A stretch of DNA of 64,000 bases, taken from the IMG/VR virus record IMGVR_UViG_3300032797_000632, positions 1 through 64,000 of that record. One strand, 5' to 3'. Positions 18,744 through 27,218 of this stretch are shown piece after piece. The DNA comes from a virus. The number at the start of each line of letters is the position of its first letter. The first letter of the stretch is position 1. Both the position numbers and the translations under genes were made by a program. The notes under the pieces were generated by a model. That model did no database searches. It was not told where the DNA came from and worked only from the letters and a program-made list of their open reading frames with translations.

Positions 18744-19494
18744 AACCAAGATTGAGTATTGCGACGAGACGCTGAACATAGTGACCGGATGCAACCGGGG
18801 ATGTCCTTACTGCTACGCACGAAAGCTCGCCAATGGCCGGCTCAAGGACCGGTATCTCAACGGGGGCGGGATCCTCCTGACGGACAACCCGGCGGACCCC
18901 TTCGCCCCGAGGTTCTGGCCACAAAGGCTCGACGCCAGACTGCCGGGAAAGCCGTCGGTCATATTCCTGAACGACATGAGCGATGCCTGGGGAGAATGGG
19001 TGCCGGATCATGTGATCCGCCAGATGCTCGATTTCTGCCGGAAGAACATCGGCCATTCGTTTCTGCATTTGACCAAGAACCCGAAACGATACTGGATATT
19101 CAAGGATGCAATACCCCCCAATTGCTGGCTGGGGACGACCATAACCGGCGGGAGCGAGGGGCGGGACGAAGACCTGCGGGATTCCGCCGGCAAACACAGA
19201 AAATTCATATCCTTTGAGCCCCTGCTGGACAATGTGGTGGCCAACGGCGTGAGGCTCAGCGGGATCGACTGGGTCATAATCGGGGCCCAGACCAAGCCGG
19301 ATGTCCAGCCCCACACGGTATGGGTCAAGGCCATTCTGGAAAAGACGCAGAGAATGGGGATCCCGGTTTTCATGAAGGACAACCTCCGCCTGCCCTGGAT
19401 CAACGCCCAAAGGAAGAACCCGGCTAGGGAGGACTTGGGGAAAATCTCCTCCTTGATAAAGAACTGGAATAAAAAGACGCCGAGGACAAGGTGA
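18733..19494 (+). CDS. DUF5131 (phage gp37/gp68) radical-SAM-like protein
   Basis: TKIEY...VTGCNRGCPYCYAR; FLNDMSD; LTKNP; FISFEPLL; DWVIIGA. Confidence 0.88.
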   Translation: MGNKTKIEYCDETLNIVTGCNRGCPYCYARKLANGRLKDRYLNGGGILLTDNPADPFAPRFWPQRLDARLPGKPSVIFLNDMSDAWGEWVPDHVIRQMLDFCRKNIGHSFLHLTKNPKRYWIFKDAIPPNCWLGTTITGGSEGRDEDLRDSAGKHRKFISFEPLLDNVVANGVRLSGIDWVIIGAQTKPDVQPHTVWVKAILEKTQRMGIPVFMKDNLRLPWINAQRKNPAREDLGKISSLIKNWNKKTPRTR

Positions 19495-19526
19495 GATCGG
19501 GTACCCCTAATGGTATAATTTAGACT

Positions 19527-20156
19527 ATGCCGGAGGATAAAGAAGACAGCAAGTGGCGCCTGATAGCACGCCTTTTCGGGCTGGTGGCGGAGATGGGCTT
19601 GGAGCCGGACCGCTTTGCGGACGGGGGGGGATGGAACCCGGGGCAAAAGGAAAGATGCATCGTGGAGATGCAAAGCATGGTCAATCGCATGATGGCGATG
19701 AAAGAGCCGAGGATCAACCGAATGTTCGACGATGCATTCATAATTCTTGAGGGGGTTCGAAACGGAATAGTGAGCCGGGCGATGGCCAAGAGCATGGTGG
19801 ACGCCCTGCGGGATCGGGTGGATTTAGTTACAAATGCCATAAATGACGAGAGGGAACGATCGGCAAATCCCAGGAATCGGCAGCCGGATGGCTATCTTCA
19901 TCCCGGGGTCATCTTTCGGGAGGTGAACGATGTGTCTTCCGAGCCGGAGTCCCCCACCATCCCCGCCGTGGTGACCAGATCGGCGGAGATTATGGTCAGG
20001 ACGCCGGAGGGCCGGCGACGCGCCCATGTGGACGCCGAGGGGCAACTGATCATCGGGGAGCTGGTGGATCCAAAGGTGCCCGAGCCGGCCAAGGAGGACC
20101 CGGGCCCGAGATCCACCGTGATCCCGGGCAGGCTCCTGAGGAGGATCGATGCCTGA
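19527..20156 (+). CDS. Hypothetical protein ending GRLLRRIDA; possibly translated from a leaderless mRNA
   Basis: TGGTATAAT ends 7 nt before the ATG; no SD. Confidence 0.65.
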   Translation: MPEDKEDSKWRLIARLFGLVAEMGLEPDRFADGGGWNPGQKERCIVEMQSMVNRMMAMKEPRINRMFDDAFIILEGVRNGIVSRAMAKSMVDALRDRVDLVTNAINDERERSANPRNRQPDGYLHPGVIFREVNDVSSEPESPTIPAVVTRSAEIMVRTPEGRRRAHVDAEGQLIIGELVDPKVPEPAKEDPGPRSTVIPGRLLRRIDA

Positions 20157-20682
20157 GGCGACGACCGGGACTCTGCTCGAAGGGAGAACCGCAGAGATGT
20201 CGTTCGAGGTGCCGGGAATACCGATCCCGAAGCCGAGAATGACCCGCAGGGACAAATGGATAATGAAAAGGCCCCGGACGGCCAAGGACCTGGCCCGGGC
20301 CGGGGCCCTGAAAAGGTACTGGTCCTGGGTGGAGGCCGTCCGGATGTGCTTCCTGGGGACCTCCCGGGGCAGGATGAGATTCGCGCTGTGCAGGATGGGT
20401 TTCAAGTTCTTTGTGGCAGGGCATCCGGTGCTCGATCTCGACAACCTGATCAAGGGGGTCAAGGACGCCATCAAGGGGGCGGCCTTCGAGGACGACAACG
20501 CCCTCGTGGTCCGGGGGTACTACGACGATCCCGAGGTGGTATTCCTGTGCGACGACTGCAAGGAGAGGGATGTGATCTCCCGGGGCCCGAGGGCCGGGAT
20601 GCGCAAGCCCGACTGCGGGGATGTGGACCGGTGCAAACTGCCGAGGAGCGTGATCAAAATAAAGGGAGTGCTGGCGGGATAA
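20149..20682 (+). CDS. rusA: RusA-family Holliday junction resolvase
   Basis: FEVPGIPIPKPR; DLDNLIKGVKDAI; FEDD. Confidence 0.82.
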   Translation: MPEATTGTLLEGRTAEMSFEVPGIPIPKPRMTRRDKWIMKRPRTAKDLARAGALKRYWSWVEAVRMCFLGTSRGRMRFALCRMGFKFFVAGHPVLDLDNLIKGVKDAIKGAAFEDDNALVVRGYYDDPEVVFLCDDCKERDVISRGPRAGMRKPDCGDVDRCKLPRSVIKIKGVLAG

Positions 20683-20710
20683 AAGCACCATAGAGACGGA
20701 GGAGGGGCGA

Positions 20711-20977
20711 ATGGACACGACGAAGGATGCCAAGAGGTACAGCGAGGAGGCGAAGCGGAGGGTTTACATGAGGCAGCTTACGAGAACGATGGAGGCGATT
20801 CGCAGGAGCGGTTACAAGCTGGCGATCCTGCCGGTGGCGGCGCTGGAGGAGGAAGGCATCATGGCCGGGAGGTCGGACGGCCACCAGATAGGCAGGCTCA
20901 CCAGGGCGGTCTGCAAGAGGCGGAGGATGCGGCAGATCGCCGACGAGTCGAGGCGGATCAACCGCCGCATCCATTAG
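20711..20977 (+). CDS. Basic hypothetical protein
   Basis: 88 aa; GGAGG SD; follows GCACCATAG. Confidence 0.55.
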   Translation: MDTTKDAKRYSEEAKRRVYMRQLTRTMEAIRRSGYKLAILPVAALEEEGIMAGRSDGHQIGRLTRAVCKRRRMRQIADESRRINRRIH

Positions 20978-20985
20978 GAGGAGGC

Positions 20986-21162
20986 ATGGATCTGAGGGAG
21001 TCGATTTCCAAGAAGCTGGGGGAGGTCAGGAGGGTCTGCCAAGAGTGCAAGACCTGGAATAAAGATCAAGGGTGCGAGTCGCCGGACAATTGTCCGTCGC
21101 ACATCTCCCCGCAGGCGTTAATCATCATGTTCGAGGAGATTCTGCACCAGGCGGAGGGATAG
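20986..21162 (+). CDS. Small Cys-rich protein (58 aa, absent from the ORF track)
   Basis: AGGAGGAGG SD; MDLRESISKK...CQEC...C....C. Confidence 0.55.
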   Translation: MDLRESISKKLGEVRRVCQECKTWNKDQGCESPDNCPSHISPQALIIMFEEILHQAEG

Positions 21163-21558
21163 ATGGAGGAGCCGAAGGGCAGGCCAGATGTTCTGCCTGG
21201 CAACACGGTCAAGGTGGAGACCGCCCAATGCGAGAACTGCTATGTCACCCTGAACAAGCTGGGCGACAAGGAGTACGAGATCTGGCTCCGGCACGGAAAA
21301 ATGGGGGGGTGCGAGCAGGCCCACAAGCACGCCATCGGGGTGCTCATGTCGGTCGCCCTGCAGGCGGGGGTTTCCCCGGAGGAAATAGCTAGAAAGCTCA
21401 TGAGCATCGGGTGTCCGCATCCTAACCCATGGGGCAAGAAACCAAACAAATCATGCATTGACGGGATAGCGAAGGCCGTGCTGAAAGCGATGGGAAGAGA
21501 CGAGAATGTCAAAGAGCGAGTTCAACACGATCCCGGGCCTGCTGATCCACATACATAG
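21163..21558 (+). CDS. Stand-alone TSCPD domain (class II ribonucleotide reductase C-terminal-like)
   Basis: YVTLN...GKMGGC...MSVALQAGVSPEEI..KL.SI.C...SCIDGIAKA. Confidence 0.8.
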   Translation: MEEPKGRPDVLPGNTVKVETAQCENCYVTLNKLGDKEYEIWLRHGKMGGCEQAHKHAIGVLMSVALQAGVSPEEIARKLMSIGCPHPNPWGKKPNKSCIDGIAKAVLKAMGRDENVKERVQHDPGPADPHT

Positions 21559-22606
21559 GCTCGAGGTGCGGGCCGTGGCCACGCCCACGGCCATGAGGAC
21601 GCTCGCCATCCAGGCGTGCTCCATGATGGGCCTGTCCGAACTCGAGCCGGAGCTGGTCCGGATGAGCCCCTGGTGGTGCCTGCCACGGGAGGCCAAAGTG
21701 TCATCGGACGGCAGGGCCCTGCGGATGATCGACATGGGATCCGACCCGGTGCCGGCCTCCGGAAAGCCGCCCGTCGAGCTGGGGGCGATCATGGGGTGGA
21801 GCATCGGGCTCGTGGCCGACGACCAGCTTCCGCCGCACATCGTTCTGGTCAAATGCCGGGGTCCGATAGAACGCTACATCATGGGGGTGCTCGACCACCT
21901 TGCACAGCCGGAGGCCAAGGACGGCGGGGCCGAGATGATATGCCCGCGGTGCGGGGAGTCTGCCCCAATGCCGGGCGACAAATTGCCCGACGGCACCCCT
22001 GCCCCCTGGAAGTGTGGAAATAAGTGGTGCGGATATTATCCTGCAGGGGCCTACAGTATTGGACCGTCAGATTCAAGCCGGGTGTACCCTAGTGCCGCCT
22101 GTGGGGTGGTATATGGGACGACGACAAATGTTCCATTAACGCCAAGCTTCGGGGGGATGTTGCCGGTGGACAACTACGGGGTCGTGCGAGGGAATGGGGT
22201 AGGCACGCCCCCACCTACCCGGGAGGAACCCGGGGAGGAACAAGGCCCGGGGCGAATCAACATCGGCGGGCTGACCGCCGAGAATGCGGCGGAAAGGATA
22301 TGGCGACATTTTATCGAGCATACCCATTCAGAGATGTCGCTGTCCGCATACCGTGAGCAGGTGGTGACGGCGACCATGAGAAAGCGTGATCTTACTGATC
22401 AACAGAAGCACGAGATAATCAACCGCTTCGACCTCTTGGCGATCTCTCCCACAGGATGGAATGGCCTGGGAAGAGGAAGGCGAGGAAGAAGAGGGCACGA
22501 GCGGAGGATGATTGCGGCCACTCAGCAGACGGAGGCCCCCCCGAGCTCCAACGCCTCCAGACGCTGGTGGCGGGGCAACAGGGGATCGAACGGAAATGAG
22601 CGTTAA
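21506..22606 (+). CDS. Modular hypothetical protein with internal GRALRMIDM motif and zinc ribbon
   Basis: 366 aa; CPRC...CGNKWC. Confidence 0.55.
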   Translation: MSKSEFNTIPGLLIHIHRLEVRAVATPTAMRTLAIQACSMMGLSELEPELVRMSPWWCLPREAKVSSDGRALRMIDMGSDPVPASGKPPVELGAIMGWSIGLVADDQLPPHIVLVKCRGPIERYIMGVLDHLAQPEAKDGGAEMICPRCGESAPMPGDKLPDGTPAPWKCGNKWCGYYPAGAYSIGPSDSSRVYPSAACGVVYGTTTNVPLTPSFGGMLPVDNYGVVRGNGVGTPPPTREEPGEEQGPGRINIGGLTAENAAERIWRHFIEHTHSEMSLSAYREQVVTATMRKRDLTDQQKHEIINRFDLLAISPTGWNGLGRGRRGRRGHERRMIAATQQTEAPPSSNASRRWWRGNRGSNGNER

Positions 22607-23303
22607 GATAAGCATCGAGTCCGGTCCGGACTCCCTGATCATCGGCGGCCTGAAAGCCGAATCCGACTACAGGCATGTCGAGCAGGTCATGAGAAACATC
22701 TCCAACAAGAGCAATCATAGCCTAGTCTACCGGCGCCGGTTCGAGGAGGGGATCATCGAGATAAGGCAAAAGATGGGATGCGAATTCAGAACTCTGGTGG
22801 AGGAGGCGGTCAGGTCGATGATCCGCAGGTCCATCGTGGCGGTGGTCGAGGAGTTCGAGATGGGGCCGCTGGCCGACAGGCTTCGCCTCGGGAAGCCGGT
22901 TTACGATCCGGGGGCCGCCAGCGTATGGCTCGTGCGGGATCCCGACACTGAATCAATTAGGTACCTTGAGGAACACGAGTACATGCTTGACGCCCAAACC
23001 GGCACCATAATATTTACGGGGACGGCGGGCAAGGTGAGTGGCTCCCTGACAGTGAGATATTTCACGGAGATGGAGTCCTTAGGGGATCCGGACAGGATGC
23101 GGGAGGCTAAGGAGTACTACGAGTACAGTGATGATCGTGGCGAAACTTGGAGAGAATATATTTATAAGGAAACGAGGAAAGAGGATTATGAGGCCCGCCC
23201 GGAGAAGCAACGACCAGAGGACCCATCCCCTCCGGCACCTGCGGATCCGGAGATGTCGGAGCGATTCGGACGCCCTCTGCGCCGAATAATGCTGGACAAG
23301 TAG
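22596..23303 (+). CDS. Hypothetical protein ending GRPLRRIMLDK
   Basis: ORF start chosen at MSVKIS. Confidence 0.6.
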   Translation: MSVKISIESGPDSLIIGGLKAESDYRHVEQVMRNISNKSNHSLVYRRRFEEGIIEIRQKMGCEFRTLVEEAVRSMIRRSIVAVVEEFEMGPLADRLRLGKPVYDPGAASVWLVRDPDTESIRYLEEHEYMLDAQTGTIIFTGTAGKVSGSLTVRYFTEMESLGDPDRMREAKEYYEYSDDRGETWREYIYKETRKEDYEARPEKQRPEDPSPPAPADPEMSERFGRPLRRIMLDK

Positions 23304-23304
23304 C

Positions 23305-23664
23305 ATGCCTGCGGTGCAATTCAACGGAGAGGGGAGAACGGTGATTGTGGACCAACTCACCGTTTCCCAGTTCGAGGCACTCGAGAGGCTGTTGTTCGAC
23401 TTTGCGACGATCAACGGAAACATCTCGCTTTCGACCCGCAGGGAGATGCAGGTCGGCAAGATGGTAATCCACATACCGGAATATGGGGATTACAGGAAGG
23501 TGGAGAGATTCATAATGACCGTGGTCACGGACGACGACATCTGCCCCACGCCGGAGATCAGGAAAAACTGGGAGAAAAGGCACGCCGTCCAGACATTCAG
23601 GGATGGCAGGCCAATGAGAAGGATCGACATGGATTCCACGGATGTGGAAAAACCGAAGGAATAG
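23305..23664 (+). CDS. Hypothetical protein with GRPMRRIDM motif
   Basis: 119-aa ORF. Confidence 0.65.
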   Translation: MPAVQFNGEGRTVIVDQLTVSQFEALERLLFDFATINGNISLSTRREMQVGKMVIHIPEYGDYRKVERFIMTVVTDDDICPTPEIRKNWEKRHAVQTFRDGRPMRRIDMDSTDVEKPKE

Positions 23665-23673
23665 GAGGGGGCC

Positions 23674-23997
23674 ATGTGCGACTGCTACGAGCATCCATGC
23701 CTGGCGTGCAACAAGGAGATCCCGATGCACATCGGGGACTTCGCCGTGGCGAGGAACGAGATCGCCGTGATCCACGGCAAATGCCTCGAGCAGATGAACC
23801 CGAGGCCGGACAGGTTCGTGATGTGGGAGATCATCGAGATCGATGAAACCCAGTCCCGGGTGTGCGGGCTGTCCGCCGGCGACCAGATTGCGGTGGTTCC
23901 GCTGACCGAGGACGCCATTGAAACCTACGAGGACAACCATCCCAATGTGCTCGACTGCGAGATAATGGTCATGCGTGAGATGCCCGTGGCACCATAG
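23674..23997 (+). CDS. Hypothetical Cys/His-rich protein
   Basis: CDC..HPC..C...H..C; GGAGG SD. Confidence 0.6.
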   Translation: MCDCYEHPCLACNKEIPMHIGDFAVARNEIAVIHGKCLEQMNPRPDRFVMWEIIEIDETQSRVCGLSAGDQIAVVPLTEDAIETYEDNHPNVLDCEIMVMREMPVAP

Positions 23998-24003
23998 GAT
24001 GCG

Positions 24004-25377
24004 ATGAGGCCGTTGAGATATTTTTCGATGTTTTCTGGGATCGGAGGATTTGAAGTTGGGATCGAAAAGGCGCTCTGCAAGGGGCGGACCGAAGATAATC
24101 CAGAGGAGCGACGCCCGGCTCCGGGGCAGGATCGAGGAGCGGGACATTTGCCCGACCCTGAAGGCCGGGACGAAGGCCGGGGACACGGAGCCGCTGGTGA
24201 TCGTCCAGAAGCACCAAGATTGGCGCCAGAAGGGCGAGCCCCTGCGCAAGAGGGGGGATGTCTGCCCGACCCTGCGGTCCAACATGGGGGACAACATCCC
24301 GATGGTCGCCAGGAAACGGAAGGGCGGGTTTGTGGACAACCGGCTGGCGGATCCCGAGGGGATATCCCCGACGCTGATGAGCGTTCCGAACACCGGGGGG
24401 AACCACCAGGCGGGGATGGGCCAGAAGACGCCGTGCGTGATCGTCCCTCCGAGTGCGTCGGCTACTGCGAGATCGACCCCTACGCCATCTCCATCTACCG
24501 GCGCCACTGGCCGGGGCACCGGAACCTCGGGGACGCAACTCGAATTGATCCCGCCGGCATTCCGGACTTCGACCTTCTCGTTGGCGGATTTCCGTGCCCG
24601 GATTTCAGTATTGCTGGAAAACGCCGAGGGCTCGCTGACCCCCGGGGACGCCTCTTTTTTGAGATTATGCGGATCGCTCGGCATAAAAGACCTCAGCATC
24701 TGCTCCTTGAGAATGTCCTCGGGCTCCTCTCGCATGATGAGGGACGCACATTCCTGGCTATCCTCGAGGCACTGGACGAGGTGGGGTATGATGCGGAGTG
24801 GCAAACTTGCAATGGCAAATATTGGGTTCCACAGAACAGGGACCGGATTTTCATTGTCGGACATCTTAGAGGAGGATGCTCCTGCCAGGTATTTCCTCTC
24901 GGAGAAGGCCCTCAGGTCGGCTATGGAGAGGATCGAGAGGGCGGGGGAGAAGGGGAACGGCTGGCAACAGCCCTGGATACCGGCTACGCCAAGGGACCGG
25001 ACGGAAAAAGATCCCTGATACAGCTGGGCGACATCGGGGACGAGAACCGGCAGGCACATCGGGTATATGACCCCGCCGGGGTGGCGAAAACGATAGCCGG
25101 GTGCGCCGGGGGCCAGGGGGCCAAGACCGGGCTCTATCTGGTTGAGGATAGGGACGAAGGCGGGGGCGACATGAAATCAGGAGTCCGAAGATTGATGCCG
25201 GTGGAGTGCGAGCGCCTGATGAATTTTCCTGATCAGTGGACCGAATATGGAATCGATGCCAAAGGAAACGAGGTAAAGATATCCGACAGCCAGAGGTACA
25301 AGGTGCTCGGCAACGCCGTGATCTCCGGGGTCGTGGCCGAGATCGTCGGGGAGCTTTTGAGGCAATGGACACCGTGA
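24004..25377 (+). CDS. DNA cytosine-5 methyltransferase
   Basis: Motif I FSGIGGF; IV GFPC; VI ENV; VIII QNRDRIF; IX RRLMPVECERL; X YKVLGNAV. Confidence 0.93.
   Translation: MRPLRYFSMFSGIGGFEVGIEKALCKGRTEDNPEERRPAPGQDRGAGHLPDPEGRDEGRGHGAAGDRPEAPRLAPEGRAPAQEGGCLPDPAVQHGGQHPDGRQETEGRVCGQPAGGSRGDIPDADERSEHRGEPPGGDGPEDAVRDRPSECVGYCEIDPYAISIYRRHWPGHRNLGDATRIDPAGIPDFDLLVGGFPCPDFSIAGKRRGLADPRGRLFFEIMRIARHKRPQHLLLENVLGLLSHDEGRTFLAILEALDEVGYDAEWQTCNGKYWVPQNRDRIFIVGHLRGGCSCQVFPLGEGPQVGYGEDREGGGEGERLATALDTGYAKGPDGKRSLIQLGDIGDENRQAHRVYDPAGVAKTIAGCAGGQGAKTGLYLVEDRDEGGGDMKSGVRRLMPVECERLMNFPDQWTEYGIDAKGNEVKISDSQRYKVLGNAVISGVVAEIVGELLRQWTP
24056..25018 (+). CDS. Overlapping +1-frame polypeptide with TRD-like repeats inside the C5 MTase gene
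   Basis: ICPTLKAG, VCPTLRSN and ISPTLMSV repeats; SLSDILEEDAPARYFLSEKA; GGAGG 8 nt before the TTG at 24056. Confidence 0.7.
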   Translation: MGSKRRSARGGPKIIQRSDARLRGRIEERDICPTLKAGTKAGDTEPLVIVQKHQDWRQKGEPLRKRGDVCPTLRSNMGDNIPMVARKRKGGFVDNRLADPEGISPTLMSVPNTGGNHQAGMGQKTPCVIVPPSASATARSTPTPSPSTGATGRGTGTSGTQLELIPPAFRTSTFSLADFRARISVLLENAEGSLTPGDASFLRLCGSLGIKDLSICSLRMSSGSSRMMRDAHSWLSSRHWTRWGMMRSGKLAMANIGFHRTGTGFSLSDILEEDAPARYFLSEKALRSAMERIERAGEKGNGWQQPWIPATPRDRTEKDP

Positions 25378-25724
25378 GCAGGGAGAAAAGAAGCGAGATC
25401 ATGTCCCGCATCCGGAGCGAGAGCGGGATAGAGCGGATCCCGGGGTTTCTGCGGGGCCTGTTCCTCCGGAGGCATCCGCGGGGGGTCTTTGGCCGGCCGG
25501 ACTTCGCCAACAAGGAGAGAATGATCGCCGTTTTTATCGACGGCTGCTTCTGGCACGGCCACAAGGGATGCTATCGGGAGCCGAAGTCCAACAGGAAATT
25601 CTGGCGGGAGAAGATAGCCAGAAACATGGAGAGGGACAGGCTGGTCAACCGAACGCTCAGGTCGGAAGGATGGGAAGTGATCCGCATTTGGGAGTGCAAA
25701 CTCCCGCGCGAGAATATGGTATAA
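25365..25724 (+). CDS. vsr: Very-short-patch repair endonuclease
   Basis: MDTVSREKRSEIMSRIRS; GRPDF; FIDGCFWHGH; FWREKI..N.ERD; IWEC. Confidence 0.93.
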   Translation: MDTVSREKRSEIMSRIRSESGIERIPGFLRGLFLRRHPRGVFGRPDFANKERMIAVFIDGCFWHGHKGCYREPKSNRKFWREKIARNMERDRLVNRTLRSEGWEVIRIWECKLPRENMV

Positions 25725-25770
25725 TGGTTTTCGGCGCGCGTAGCGCCTGGGCCCAACATCGGAGGCGGAG

Positions 25771-26301
25771 ATGAAGGAAGGGCAGACCGCGGACATCGAG
25801 CTCGAGCCCGTCGACACGGTGGTCGAGCAGGTGGTGCCGGCCCCGCCCGGGGCCGGGGAGATTGTCATCCCGGATATTCTCATGTTCGAGGAGGCCGTGG
25901 AGCTGGCCACAAACCTGGCCCCCGACGGCCATCTTTCGGAGGGCATCTACAACGAGATCATCGACAGGCTGGCCCCGGAGTCCCATGTGGAGTTCAGCCT
26001 CGCCCTCGCATCCCGGGGAGTGATCGTGGTGCCCCCGATGGCCCCGCCCGACGCCGAGGGGCTGCGGGAGGCCCGGCGGATCGTGATGGGCAGGGTCGAG
26101 GAGGGCGGGGGGCTCGACGAGGCGACATACCGGGACCTGCTGGCGAGGTTCGGCCCGGGCACGGGCATCTACCTGAACCAATGGATCGTCAAATCCGGCA
26201 TCCCGATCGCCGGCGACTACAAAAAGGACCTCAAGAGGAAAATACCCGTCAAGCCGAAGACGAAGACAATCACGCTCGAGAGGCGCAAGAGAATAATTTG
26301 A
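25771..26301 (+). CDS. Hypothetical protein with two internal helical repeats
   Basis: GHLSEGIYNEII...RGVIVV and GGLDEATYRDLL...SGIPIA. Confidence 0.6.
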   Translation: MKEGQTADIELEPVDTVVEQVVPAPPGAGEIVIPDILMFEEAVELATNLAPDGHLSEGIYNEIIDRLAPESHVEFSLALASRGVIVVPPMAPPDAEGLREARRIVMGRVEEGGGLDEATYRDLLARFGPGTGIYLNQWIVKSGIPIAGDYKKDLKRKIPVKPKTKTITLERRKRII

Positions 26302-26876
26302 AGGAGTCGGTCAGGGAATTTGTGTCGATCTGCGCCGGGGCGGTCCCGGCGCCCGATCCGGTCTACGAGTTCGGATCCTTCCAGGTCGAGGGCCAGGAGG
26401 CGATAGCCGACCTGCGGGCGTTCTTCCCGGGCAGGGCCTACGTCGGATGCGACGTCCGGCCCGGGCGGGGGGTGGACAAGATCATGGACGTCATGGCCAT
26501 CCCCCTGCCGGACGAGAGCGTGGGGACGCTGATCTTTGTGGAAACGCTCGAGCACGTGCCCGATCCCTTCAGGGCGATGGCCGAGACACGAAGGGTGCTC
26601 GCCCCCCGGGGAATCCTGATCATGTCGACCTGCATGATCTTCCACATCCACGACAAGCCCATCGACTACTGGAGGTTCTGCCCGGACGGCATCAGGCTTC
26701 TGCTCAAGGGCTACGGCAAGGTCGTCCTCGAGACCCTCGGGGCGCACCCGAAAATGCCGCACTCGATAATGGCCCTGGCGTCGAAGGACCCGGGCCTCGA
26801 CACGGCCGCCCTCGAGCGGTCCCTGGCGCAGTGGAAGAGGAAGAACTCGAGGCCGGTCTACAACCTGAAAACCTGA
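26298..26876 (+). CDS. Class I SAM-dependent methyltransferase
   Basis: VYEFGS; YVGCD; ETLEHV; RVLAPRG; DYWRF. Confidence 0.85.
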   Translation: MKESVREFVSICAGAVPAPDPVYEFGSFQVEGQEAIADLRAFFPGRAYVGCDVRPGRGVDKIMDVMAIPLPDESVGTLIFVETLEHVPDPFRAMAETRRVLAPRGILIMSTCMIFHIHDKPIDYWRFCPDGIRLLLKGYGKVVLETLGAHPKMPHSIMALASKDPGLDTAALERSLAQWKRKNSRPVYNLKT

Positions 26877-26905
26877 TTGACAAGCGCCCCGAACGGGGGT
26901 AATGT
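26877..26905 (+). promoter_or_regulatory. Sigma70-type promoter upstream of the WYL gene
   Basis: TTGACA-17 nt-TAATGT; spacer contains a CCCCG/CGGGG inverted repeat. Confidence 0.65.
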
Positions 26906-26945
26906 TCGGAGTCGCTTGAGACGGGGATTTTGATCGGAGGAGATC

Positions 26946-27218
26946 ATGGCGCCGGAAGAGAGACCCCAAAATCCGCTGAGCATCATCATCCAGGCGATGA
27001 GGGAGCGGAAAATGCTCTCCATCGTCTACACCGACAGAAAGGGCGAGAGGACGCAGAGGGCGGTCGAGCCTTACGAGATAAAGGCCGGCGCCCTCTTTGC
27101 CTTCGACCCGGCGAAGGGATCGATCAGGCAGTTCAAGCTGCCCAACATCGCCGACCCCCGTATGCTCGAGGCTTCGTTCGAGCCCCGGTGGCCGGTGCGC
27201 GACATGGCGGAGGCGTGA
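26946..27218 (+). CDS. Stand-alone WYL-domain protein
   Basis: LSIVYTDRKGERTQRAVEPY...RQFKL. Confidence 0.82.
   Translation: MAPEERPQNPLSIIIQAMRERKMLSIVYTDRKGERTQRAVEPYEIKAGALFAFDPAKGSIRQFKLPNIADPRMLEASFEPRWPVRDMAEA

Noticed and set aside
23002-23010. GCACCATAA near-match to the 9-mer element
   Set aside because: One mismatch and mid-gene with no nearby start; not counted
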